64,000 bases of DNA from Centroscyllium fabricii (taxonomy: Eukaryota), in the NCBI GenBank assembly GCA_051313645.2, contig JBNRSN020000019.1:58776001-58840000 (forward strand). Reading direction: 5' to 3'. The translations under genes were made by a program, and so were the position numbers. Under the pieces are notes generated by a model. That model was not told the DNA's origin and ran no database searches. It saw only the letters and a list, made by a program, of their open reading frames with translations. The first letter of the stretch is position 1. Every line of letters starts with the position of its first letter. Below are positions 12,447 through 23,517 of the stretch, in pieces.

Positions 12447-15119
12447 TCACATGTAGCGTGACATGAAGCCAATATCACGGTTGAGGCTGTTTTCATGGGT
12501 GCGGAATTTGGCTATCAGCCTCTGCGCGACGATTTTGCGTTGTCATGTGTCTCGAAAGCCACCTTGGAGAATGCTTACCTGAAGATCGGAGGCTGAATGT
12601 CCTTGACTGCTGAACTGTTCCCCAACTGGGAGGGAACACTCCTGCCTGCCGATTGTTGTGCGGTGTCCGTTCATCCGTTGTCGTAGTGTCTGCATGGTTT
12701 CGCCGATGTCCCATGCCCCGGGGCATCCTTTCCTGCAACGTATGAGGTAAACAACGTTGGTCGAGTCACATGAGTATGTACCATGTACCTGGTGTGTGGT
12801 GTGCTCATGTGTGATGATGGTATCTGTGCTGATGATTTGGCATGTCTTGCAGAGGTTGCTGTGGCAGGGTTGTGTAGTGTCGTGGTTGCTGTTCTCCTGA
12901 AGGCTGGATAATTTGCTGCGAACGATGGTCTGTTTGAGGTTAGGCGGCTGTTTGAAGGTGAGTAGTGGAGATGTGGGGATGGCCTTAGCGAGGTGTTCGT
13001 CGTCATCGATGACATGTTGAAGGCTGCGAAGAACATGGCGTAGTTTCTCCGCTCCGGGGAAGTACTGGACGACAAAGGGTACTCTGTTGGTTGTGTCCCG
13101 TGGTCGTCTTCTGAGGAGGTCTATGTGATTTTTCATTGTAGCCCGTCGGAACTGTCGATCGATGAGTCGAGTGTCCTATCCCGTTCTTACAAGGGCGCCT
13201 TTCAGTGTCTGTAGGTGTCCATCGTGCTCCTCCTCGTCTGAGCAGATCCTGTGTATTTGCAGGGCTTGTCCATAGGGGATGGCTTCTTTAACGTGGTTAG
13301 GGTGGAAGCTGGAGTAGTGGAGCATCATGAGGTTGTCCGTGGGTTTGCGGTAGAGGGAAGTGCTGAGGTGTCCGTCTTTGATGGAGATTCGTGTGTCCAA
13401 GAATGAAACCGATTCTGAGGAGTAGTCCATGGTGAGTTTGATGGTGTGATGGAACTTGTTTATGTTATCGTGTAGCCTTTTCAGTGATTCTTCGCCGTGG
13501 GTCCACAGGAGGAAAATGTCGTCGATGCATCTGGTGTATAGTGTTGGTTGGAGATACTGTGCAGCGAAGAAGTCTAGCTCGAACTTGTGCATGAAGATGT
13601 TGGCGTATTGGGGTGCGAATTTGGTCCCCATGGCTGTTCCGTGTGTTTGGGTAAAAAACTGGTTGTCGAAGGTGAAAACACTGTGGTCAAGGATGAAGCG
13701 GATGAGTTGTAGGATGGCGTCTGGAGATTGGCTGTTGTTGGTGTTGAGTACTGAGGCTGTCGCAGCAATGCCGTCATCGTGGGGGATACTGGTGTAGAGT
13801 GCCGAGACGTCCATTGTGGTGAGGAGTGTTCCTGGTTCAACTGGTCCGTGGGTGCTGAGTTTCTGTAAGAAGTCTGTAGTGTTGTGACAGAAGCTGGGGT
13901 TTCTCTGTACGATGGGTTTCAGGATGCCCTCGATTGATCCAGAGAGGTTCTCACATAGTGTTCTGTTACCTGATATGATAGGGCGTCCAGGTGTGTTGGC
14001 TTTGTATATCTTTGGGAGGCAGTAGAAATCTCCCATATGGGGATTACGTGGGATGAGGGCGCGTAGGGTGCTCTGAAAGTCTGGATCGAAGGTCTTGATC
14101 AGTCTGTTGAGTTGGCGGGTGTGTTCCTTGGTCGGATCTGTGGGTAACAGTCTGTAGTGTTCTTGGTTGTCCAGTTGTCGGTATGCTTCTTTGCAGTAGT
14201 CTGTTCTGTTCTGTGTGATGATGGCTCCTCCTTTGTCTGCCGGTTTGATGACAATGTTGCGGTTGGTCTTGAGAGCGCGGATGGTGTTGCGTTGTGCTCG
14301 GGTGACATTCTGGACTGGTTTGTGAGTGCGTCTGATGAATTTGGCATTGATGCATCTCCTGACAGCTTGAGCATACATGTCCAGCTTAGGGCAGCGGCCC
14401 TCCAGAGGGGTCCAATTTGATTCTTTCTTCTTTGGTTGCTGCACTGCGGATCCCTCTGTCTGCTGTTCCAGATCATTGATTGTCTCATTGGGTTCGCTGA
14501 CATCTTGGGATCTGTGGAAGTATTCCCGGAGCCTTATTCTCCTGATGAATTCCTCTGTGTCTGCCGCGAGACCGATGGGGTCCATTTTGGTGGTGGGGCA
14601 GAAATTGAGCCCGCGGCTGAGAACTTCGATTTCATCTGGTTGAAGGATGTGGTCGGATAAGTTGACGGTGGATTTCCCTGCGGTTTCAACTGTGGTACCG
14701 GTGGAGGCTTGGTTGCTGCTGGTGGTGATGCCGAGTTTCTCAAGCTTCCTGTTCTTGATGTGCATGTAGGCAGTGTAGTTCCGTTGCCTTGTCTGTTTGG
14801 CGGTGTCTCGTAGCTGGTCTGCTGTGTCCTGGGCACAGGCTGAGAACATGGACTCTATCTTGGTTTCGAGGTTGCGGCGTCTGCTGTAGAGCTGGTGTAC
14901 GAGATGGTTGAGGAGTTTGCAAGAGGTACGACGGCAGAGTCTCTCGGCATAGTCTGTGTTGTAGGTCGACTTGAGTGGGTTCGTGATCTGTAGTCCTTTT
15001 GGGATCTTGTCTGCTTTCCTGCATCTCTGTAGAAACTTGATGTCTGTGTCTATGTGCGCGATCTTCTTGGAGAACCTCTCCACTTGGAGCCGGCAGTTTG
15101 TGGTGTCGATTGTAGCCAT
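12447..15119 (-). pseudogene. Penelope RT/GIY-YIG polyprotein with two in-frame stops
   Basis: PADKGG, DVSALYTSIP, GTAMG, R(C)IDD, VVY...W(D)IGET motifs; stops at 13176-78 and 12543-45 lie in one continuous frame. Confidence 0.9.
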
Positions 15120-15200
15120 GATGTGGAGGTTTTGGATTGTGGTGGACAAATGCAAGAAGTAACACAACACCAGGTTATAGTCCAACAGTTTTATTTGAAA

Positions 15201-15237
15201 TCACAAGCTTTCCGAGCGCTACTCCTTCCTCAGGTGA
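15201..15237 (-). ncRNA. Second hammerhead copy (stem II weakened)
   Basis: Same core; stem II ggagu-agc-gcucg has a basal mismatch. Confidence 0.6.
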
Positions 15238-15527
15238 AAGAGAAGTTCATTTAAAGACAGCATATATACAAGGGAGAGAGCAGTCTAATCTCTCCAACAT
15301 CACACTTCAGCAGAGAGACATACAGAGCAGACAAAGGTCTTTGAACACTGTAGTTTTCAAAAGAAGCATCTAAAATGTTCTGAGCACAAGATCCTATTCA
15401 AAAGTCTCCCATTTTATTTAAAAGTTTGCATTGATTTGAATCTAGGTTCAGTTGTTACATAAGCAAAATGCTGCGGATGCTGGCAATAAACGGAAAATGC
15501 TGGAAACACTGGTCGACCTGAAATGTT

Positions 15528-16302
15528 GGGCTGGATTTTCTCAATGGGTAGCTTCTGGAGGCGGGACTCCCACTTGTCGGGTTGTAGTCCCGCCTCCATC
15601 GACTTGTGGCCAATCCACGCTACTTTCCCTTGATTGACCTCGTTAAGCCCGCGTGGGATTCCGATCCTGGGCCTCCTCCAACTGCCGGCGCGCAGTGCTT
15701 GCGTATCCCAGGGGCGCAGTTAGTTCAATGCGTCCCCTGGGATCACGTGGGCCATGGAGAGCCAATGGTAGCAGGCAATGCGTCATTCATAAAATTGACA
15801 GGAAGAGCTGTCAAAACTATAAATACTATAAGCCCGAAAACGTAACTAAAACTTCAAATAATTTTTTTTTAATCACATTTTTAAAATAACGATAAATTAC
15901 ATGAAATAACTATTTTAAACAATAATTAAAATTTTTGAAAAATTAACTAAATTTTCGACTAGGGCTAAAAATAAACTTACCTTTCTTTAAAGTATTTAAA
16001 AATAATAAACCTGTGGAAAAAATGTTTTAATTTTAATTAATTTACCAATTACCTTGTTAAAAGCAGGCCTTGCGCCTGCTTTTTACATGTGTAACTCCTG
16101 GAGACTTACCCTCCCGGATAAACCTGGGAGAAAACGTAAATTCGATGCGCACGCGCTGCCTCTCCCGCGCACACGCGTGCCACCTCTTAACCCCGTCTTT
16201 CTAAGTTCCGGTTTCTCGCGCATGCACAGTGCATGCACGAAACCGGCACTTTCGTTGGGCCTGGCGTGCATACTCACACGTTTGGACCCGAATTTCTGGG
16301 CC
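15528..16302. mobile_element. Harbinger-like MITE
   Basis: Imperfect inverted termini gggctggattttc ... gaatttctgggcc, AT-rich core. Confidence 0.55.
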
Positions 16303-16898
16303 ATTATTTTCTGTACCTGTTAATGACATTTTAATGATCTATGTACCTGGACCCCCAAGTCTCTTTGGACCTCCACTATTTTTAGCTTTTCACCATTTAG
16401 AAAGTACCTTGTTTTTAGGTTCAAAGTGGATGAGCTCACATTTGCCTACATTGAAATCCATTTGCCACAGTTTTGCCCAGTCACTTTATCTGTCGATATC
16501 GGGTGAAAAATTGGGTTGCTTGCACCAGCCATTAGTATCCTAAGAGGGGCCAAATAGTCATGACCGTCCGGGCGCAGCGAGTTTAGCGCCGCTCGGGATA
16601 TTCACTAGGCGCTCGCCAGCGGCGTAAAGCATTATCGCCCGATGTGCTGCGTGCACAGATTCTGACGTCACCTCAACGTGCAACACCCTTGGTGTGCCCC
16701 GGACCGCAAATTGAGTGGCGCCCGCCTCCGCACCATCCAGCGGTAGCAACAACAGGTATAGTAGAACACATCCCAATCGCTGTGGAGCTGGGGGGGCGCT
16801 ATTTAAAGTGGGTCTCCTCCTGCATTTGGTGTGGTAGCCATTTTTGGACCACTGGGTCAGAGAGAGAGTTGGAGAGAGACAAAGAGAGAGTAACAGAG

Positions 16899-18062
16899 AT
16901 GACTTCTTTGACTCAACGCTTTCTGAGCTACTTTGGGCCTCTGCTCATAACTTTTCAGGTACCGGTGCTTTTTGGCCTTCACTACTTTGCTTGCTTCAAG
17001 AGGGGAGCTGCACTGAATGGGGGTGGTGTCCTGCTGTATCACATTCGCAGGGCACCGAGACGCCAACAGAGAGCAGCAATCATGGCCAGGCACAGGAGGG
17101 CAAACAGGCGTCTGCGCATGAGACCTTACCCTCCCTGGGTATTCCGCCAGCAATTCTCATATATTAATCTGTCTGAGGAGCAGTGTTTGCGAAGGCTGCG
17201 CTTCACGAAGGAGGTGGTCACTGAGCTCTGCCACCTGCTTCAGTCAGACCTACAGCCTCAACTGAGGACCAGGCCGTGTCTGTCGGTGGCAGTGAAGGTT
17301 ACTGTGGCTCTGAACTTCTGTGCCACCAGCTCATTTTAGGCAGGTACCGGGGACATGGCTACCATCTCCCAGTTTACGGTGCATTTCTGCATCTGTCAGG
17401 TGACAAATGCCCTATTTAAAAGGAGGCGACAGTACATCTCGTTCCCCATGACCCCGGACAAGCAGCAGGAACGCGAAGTGGGCTTTGCGAGGATGGCTGG
17501 CTTCCCGATGGTCCAGGGCGCCAATGACTGCACGCATGTGGCTTTGCGGGCGCCACATGAGAATGCCGAGGATTAGCGCAACAGAAAGAGCTTCCATTCC
17601 CTAAACGTGCAGTTGGTGTGTGACCACAGACAGCTGATATTCGCTATCAATGCCCACTATCCTGGCAGCAGCCACGATGCCTTCATATTGCGCCAGACTT
17701 CTGTGGCAGACCTCTTCCAGGCACCGAATCACCCAGGTGGATGGCTTCTCAGGGACAAGGGATATCCTCTGAGCCCCTGGCTGATGACCCCGCTCTGTGC
17801 GCCCAACACCCCTGCTGAGCTGCGATACAACGAGAGTCATCAGGCGACTAGGAACATCGTTGAGCACACAATCGGCATGCTGAAACAACGGTTCCGCTGT
17901 CTGGACCATTCTGGAGGAGCCCTCCAGTACTTGCCTGAGCGAGTCCCCCATTTCGTAGTTGTGTGCTGCATGCTGCATAACCTGGCAATCAGGACCCAGC
18001 CAATGCCGCCAATAATAATAATAATAATATCCACCACCGCCGCCGCTGACAGGACCCACTGA
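16899..18062 (+). pseudogene. Harbinger (HARBI1-like DDE) transposase with stops at 17337 and 17574
   Basis: GA.DCTHV, YPGSSHD, DKGY, HQATRNIVEHTIG.LK.RFRCL, CCMLHN motifs in one frame. Confidence 0.9.
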
Positions 18063-19459
18063 CTGCACTGCAGCAGTAAACATCTGCATGGCATCCGCCT
18101 GCGCTGCTGCGAAGTGCTCCACACTCCTTGCCATTATCTGCATGGCTTCGGGCAACCTTCCCACTGCTTCCATTAGCGCATTGTGCCTTTGCCCCGCCTC
18201 GGCGCTCATTTTTGCATGAGGACCCGCTCGTCCTCTGCAATCAGGCCAGCAGGGGTCGATGACCCACTCTCCCTCCGGAGAGAACGCTCCCGAGCTGCCC
18301 TCGCGTTGCTGCAGCCTGCTGGGGCCTGGAGCATCCCCCTCATCCCACCATTCCCCCCTGCTCCTCTCCAGGGAAGGCGTGCTCCCACTGTGGCCATGGG
18401 CTTCCTCGGGAAAGGGTGATTGTGCTTCTGGGGCTTCCTCTTCCTCCTCCTCGCCTTCAGATTCCCTCTCCCTGACAGCTTGAGGGCCCGCCTCCTCACT
18501 TGGTGATTCACCATCTGAAAGCAGGGAGGTACAAGAGTGGCTTTAGCGTGAGGACAGGGTGGCGGCAAGGGAGCAATGAGTGCAGCCAAATAGTTATTTG
18601 GTTGGAAAGTGCCAAAGGCTGGTGTTGTGAGGAACAAGAGGAAGGAGAGAGGACAATAAGTTCATGAACTCACCATTGCTGCCAACAACAGGGTCGGCAT
18701 CTCCAGTGGCAACAGGAACAGTCACCCGGCTTCCCACAATCCGCTGTACGCAGAGCTCGAGATCGCTGAGGGTTTGGAGATCAGGCTGCCCTCCACCCGT
18801 CCGCAGCTGCTCGCGCCTAATGTGGGCCAGTTTCACATGGAAGAAAAAGGACGGCATCTGAGTAAAAATACATCAATGATTTCATCTGATGTGCCTGCCA
18901 TGGCTGATTAGCCCTTGTAATCAACCATGATCTCTTTGAATGGCGGAGCAGGCTCGAAGGGCCAAATGGCCTACTCCTGCTCCTATCTTCTTTGTTTCTA
19001 TGTAATGTACACTAAGCCTGTCATCTGATGTGCCTGCCATGGCTGAATAGCCCTTCCTGCATGCAAAGTGTGTTTAATTTAAGGGCATGCAAAGTGTGTT
19101 TAATATAAGGGCTTTAGGTGTTGGCTGAGTGTCGGGCATTGGGATTTAAGACCCTCTGGCCTTAGAATGAGGTGGAGATGGAGGGATGGAGAGATGTTCA
19201 AAAAGCCACTCACCCTGACAACCCTAGTGAGGTCGTTGAACTTTTTCCTACATTGGACGTGGGTCCTGGGCACCATGCTCCTGGAGCTAACGAGCTGAAC
19301 CACCTCCCTCCACACTCTTCTGTACTCACGTGGCACAGGTCTCCTGCCACTCTCCGGGAACAGAAGCGCTCTTCAGCGCTCCACTGCGCCAACCATAACT
19401 TGCAAGGCCTGCTCTGTGAAATGCTGCACTTGCTCCCTGGGCCTGTCCATGGCTTCCAT
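18030..19459 (-). pseudogene. Harbinger Myb/SANT DNA-binding protein gene, 3 exons (about 19459-19214, 18835-18674, 18514-18030)
   Basis: W.EV...V...S..PRT..QCRKKFNDL and RTGGG motifs; gtgagt donors; in-frame stop in exon 1 and mutated acceptor (cat) before exon 2. Confidence 0.8.
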
Positions 19460-19975
19460 CCTCAGCTGTAGGTGTGTCTAGGCTGAGAATCGAGGCAGCG
19501 ATGAGCAGGGTGTGGCTGGAGTGTGAGGTCGACCCTCCCCCTTTAAGAGCTGGCCGGCGCCAGCGTGTCTGCTCAGCCGGTGATTGACAGGTCCAGCGCT
19601 GCGGCCGCGCCCTGAGCTAGCGCCTCAGATCTCGGCCTTTGTGCCTTAGGACTGGTGTGCAGCGCCTGAGTTAGCGCTGCAATCACCTCCCGGGGTGCAC
19701 AAACCAAAGTTTCCAGTTCCTGGCGCTAGTTTGCGCCCCACGCTAAATTTTGCGCTGCGTCCACTTTACCGCCCCAAATGTGGCGATACCCAATTTTCGG
19801 CCCAATATTGCTTTGTAGAGATATATACAATGTATTGTAGCGCCAGCAAGGCCTAGAAACCACGCGTGAGCCAGAGAGCTAGAGAAAACACTTGTTTAAT
19901 GCATTACAGTTACACAGGAAGAGAGTGAACCACTCGAAGCAGGCTTATTTAAACTGCCCGCCGTTGGTGACGTCA

Positions 19976-22900
19976 TCACGCCGGAAGTCGTGGTGACGTC
20001 ATCGCGTCACCCGGATGAGCGGGGCCATGCCCCACAGTGTTCCCGTGGCGGATTCGGTGTCCTAGTGGGCGTGCCGCCACACAGCTCCCCCCAGAATCTG
20101 TCCGGGAGAATAAGAAAGAGTATGTGAGCCGTTGGGGTGGCCGGATGATGCGGCCGGACCGTGTTGTGCGTTGTTCCTGGTTCTGCGGTGGAGTGTGGGC
20201 GGGTGTTGTTGCGGGAGGGCGTCCGCGTTGCGGTGGTTGTGCGGGGACTGTCGTCTCGCCCGCTATAACGTGTGCCGGTTTGAGCCGGTCTATTGAAACC
20301 GTTTCTGTTCTGTTGCCCATTTGAAGCTGGAAAGCTTTAGCTCCCGCCCGAAGCACTCTATAAGGGCCATCGTATGGTGGCTGTAGTGGTGATCGGTGTC
20401 CGTCGCGCCGGACGAACACAAATTTTGAATTTTTAATGCCGTCCGGTACTCGCGCTGCCGGCTCTCCGTGCCGGGCCACTGGTAGTGGTTGGAAAGCTCG
20501 TGCCGGGTTGGCAAAGTCCTTTAGGTACTGGTCAGCTGACCAGGGAGCGTTTGGCTCGGCTAGAAATTCGCCCGGCACTGTTAGGGCTTGGCCGTAGACG
20601 AGTTCTGCTGCCGAGGCGTTTAGGTCCTCTTTGACTGCCGAGCGCAGCCCGAGGAGGACCCATGGGAGACAGTCGGTCCATGACGCATCTTTGAGGGTGG
20701 CCCGAAGTGATGCTTTCATAAAGCAGTGGAACCGTTCGCAGAGCCCGTTAGCTTGTGGGTGGTATGCGGTGGTTCGATGCAAGGTTACCCCGAGGTCGCG
20801 GGCGATGGCCGCCCATAGTGCTGACGTAAACTGGGGTCCTCTGTCGGAGGTGATGTCGGTGGGCACGCCGAAGCGGGCGACCCAGGTGGCGATGAACGCC
20901 CTGGCCAAGTCCGTGGTGCCGGTGGCAGCGAGGGGGACCGCTTCTGGCCAGCGAGTGTTGCGGTCGACCATGGTCATTACATGCGTGTGGCCCCGGGATG
21001 GCGGTAGTGGCCCGACGAGATCGATATGGACGTGGTCAAAGCGTCTGGCCGGCGCTGTAAACGTTTCCAGCGGTGCCCTGATGTGCTTGTGCACTTTGGA
21101 GCGCTGGCAGGCAATGCAGGAGTTGGCCCAGGCGTGGACGTCTTTGCGCAGGCCGCGCCATACGAACCGGGCCGAGATTAATTTAATCGACGCGCGGGTG
21201 CCGGGGTGGGACAGGTCATGGAGCGTCTTGAAAATGTGTCGCCTCCATGCGTGGGGGACGACGGGCCTGGGCTGCGGCAGGGACACGTCGCAGCAGACGA
21301 CGGTGGCAGCGGGGCCGTGCGCGATCTTGGCCAAGTGGAGGCCGGGGAGGTTTGCTGCGGGGTTGAGCAGGTCAGGGTCGGCTAGCTGGTCTGCTGCCAG
21401 CTGGGCGTAATCAACCGCCATTTGGGCGGCGTTAATAGTGGGGCGTGAGAGGCAGTCAGCGACCACATTGTCGCGGCCGGAAATGTGCTGAATGTCGGTC
21501 GTAAATTCCGACACGGCCGTGAGCTGGCGCTGCTGCCTGGCCGACCAGGGTTCGGCGACCTTAGCCATCGCGAAGGTGAGTGGCTTATGGTCGACGAAGG
21601 CTGTGAAGTGGCGGCCCTCCAGGAGGAAGCGAAAATGTCGCACTGCCAGATGGAGAGCAAGGAGCTCCCTATCGAAGGCGCTGTACTTGACCTCTGGGGG
21701 CCGGAGCTGCCGGCTGAAAAAGGCCAGGGGCTGCCACGAGTTGCCGGTCCACTGCTCAAATACGGTCCCGACAGCGTGGTCGGAGGCGTCAGTGGTGAGG
21801 GCTACTCTGGCGTTGGGCCTAGGGTGGGCTAGGAGGGTGGCGTTAGCCAGGGCGGTTTTGGTTGCGGTGAAGTCGGCGTCGGCCGTCCACTCTACCGCAG
21901 TTTTGCCGGGTTGCCCGCGTGTGGCCTGGTATAAGGGGGCCATGAGAGCGGCTGCTCCCGGGATAAAGCGGTTGTAAAAATTGACCATCCCCAGAAATTC
22001 CTGCAGCCCCTTAATGGAGTGCGGGCGGGGAAATTCCTGGACCGCCTGCACCTTGGAGGGCAGGGGTATGGCCCCGGTTTGGGAAATGCGGTGGCCGAGG
22101 AAGTCAATGGTTTGGCGGCTGAATTTACGCTTAGTGGGGCTTAATATGAGGCCGTGTTCGACCAGGCGCTGGAACAGGGTCCTGAGGTGCAGGAGGTGTT
22201 CCTGGGGGGAGGTGCTGGCCACGAGGATGTCGTCCAGGTAGACGAAAATGAACGTCAAGTCCCGTAGGACCGAGTCCATGAGGCGCTGGAAGGCCTGGGC
22301 CGCGTTTTTAAGGCCGAAGGGCATCCTGAGAAACTCGAAGAGTCCAAAGGGAGTGATGACGGCCGTTTTAGGAATGTCCGCCGGGTGCACCGGAACCTGG
22401 TGGTAGCCACGCACCAGGTCGATCTTGGAGGAGATCGTGCAGCCCGCTAGTCTGGCGGAGAAATCCTGGATGTGGGGTACGGGGTACCTATCCGGGGTGG
22501 TGGCGTTGTTAAGGTGGCGGTAGTCGCCGCAGGGGCGCCAAGCCCCGCCCGGCTTGGGGGCTATGTGGAGAGGAGAGGCCCAGGGGCTGTTGGAGCGGCG
22601 GATTATACCGAGTTGCTCCATGGTGCGGAATTCGGTGCGCGCGATCTCCTGTTTGGCCGGGTCGAGCCTGCGGGCGTGGGCATGGACGGGAGGGCCGGTG
22701 GTGGTTATAAAATGCTCTACCCCGTGTTTGGCCCGGCGGGCGGTGAACGTGGTGTTGGTTAGGGTGGGGAACTCTGCTAAGAGTGTGCCGTAGGCGTCTG
22801 AGTTCCGAGAGTGGCATTGGGCGGCCGCGTGGGCCAGGAGTGCGGGCCCTGTGGAGCATGGGGTGGTCGACATGTTATTGATGTCGACCAAGCGGCGCCA

Positions 22901-23291
22901 GGTCATATCGACCAGCAGGCCGTGGGCGCAGAGGAAATCTGCCCCGAGAAGGGGTGAAGTGACCTGGGCTGTAACGAAGTCCCAGTTATACGTGTGGCCT
23001 GCAAGTCTGATAGTGAGCTTGCGGGTGCTGTACGTTTTAATATTGGAGCCGTTGGCCGCTGCGAGTGGCAGGCCCCGGGTGCCTTGTTTGGCTTCTGCTG
23101 GGGAGGCTGGCACGATGCTGTGCTGTGCGCCTGTGTCGCAGAGGAACCTGAGGCCTGTGCCGCTGTCTGTGACAAAGAGCAGTGCTCCTGTGTGTCCTAC
23201 AGACATAGTGGGGGCTGGGGTGGGCCGTGGCTTAAATGCGCATGGCTGGACGCGGCGGTGCGCTTTATTATCGAACCGCGTATGGTAGTAG
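19976..23291 (-). CDS. Element A pol (PR-RT-RNaseH-IN), open frame continuous with the gag end
   Basis: DTGA protease, YLDD RT, TDAS/ELLA/DHKPL RNase H, H-H-C-C and D,D,E integrase, GPY motif. Confidence 0.93.
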
Positions 23292-23517
23292 TGTAGCGTA
23301 GTCGCTAACTCAATTAAAAGGCGACTCGTAAGTACCGAAATACAAGGCTTTTAATTGATAAAGAATTGAGCTAGTCTCCTCACAAGTTCACATACAGGAA
23401 TGAAGGAGCTGGGCTAGACCACACCTTATATCGGTGCCCCCACCTGGGGGAGGAGTCGGGGGTGTGGCTGACCTGGCTCCCAGCAGCATCTACACAATGC
23501 ATCTATACAATGGCATG

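Larger units (their letters stand above)
12057..15338 (-). mobile_element. Penelope-like retroelement (Neptune-type) with 188-bp direct terminal repeats 12057-12244 and 15151-15338
   Basis: RT plus GIY-YIG ORF, Cys-rich linker (PC...CKTC), near-identical pseudo-LTRs, possible tctttg target duplication. Confidence 0.93.
16501..19803. mobile_element. PIF/Harbinger DNA transposon (transposase plus Myb/SANT gene, convergent), decayed
   Basis: TIRs gggtgaaaaattggg / cccaattttcggccc; two characteristic genes. Confidence 0.9.

Noticed and set aside
16899-18062. Domesticated host gene HARBI1
   Set aside because: Has TIRs, a partner Myb/SANT gene and two in-frame stops, so it is a decayed transposon
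17601-18209. 202-aa ORF with a poly-Gly/poly-Tyr tract as a novel protein
   Set aside because: It is the last Myb/SANT exon reading through an (AAT)n tract into antisense transposase sequence
18882-19056. 35-bp duplication as an unusually long TSD of the short CR1/SINE tail insert
   Set aside because: The second copy does not abut the insert; a short tgtaat duplication does, so the 35-bp repeat predates the insertion
20631-22793. Long antisense ORFs over the element A pol (and over CR1/Penelope ORFs)
   Set aside because: Expected opposite GC-rich coding sequence; no recognisable domains
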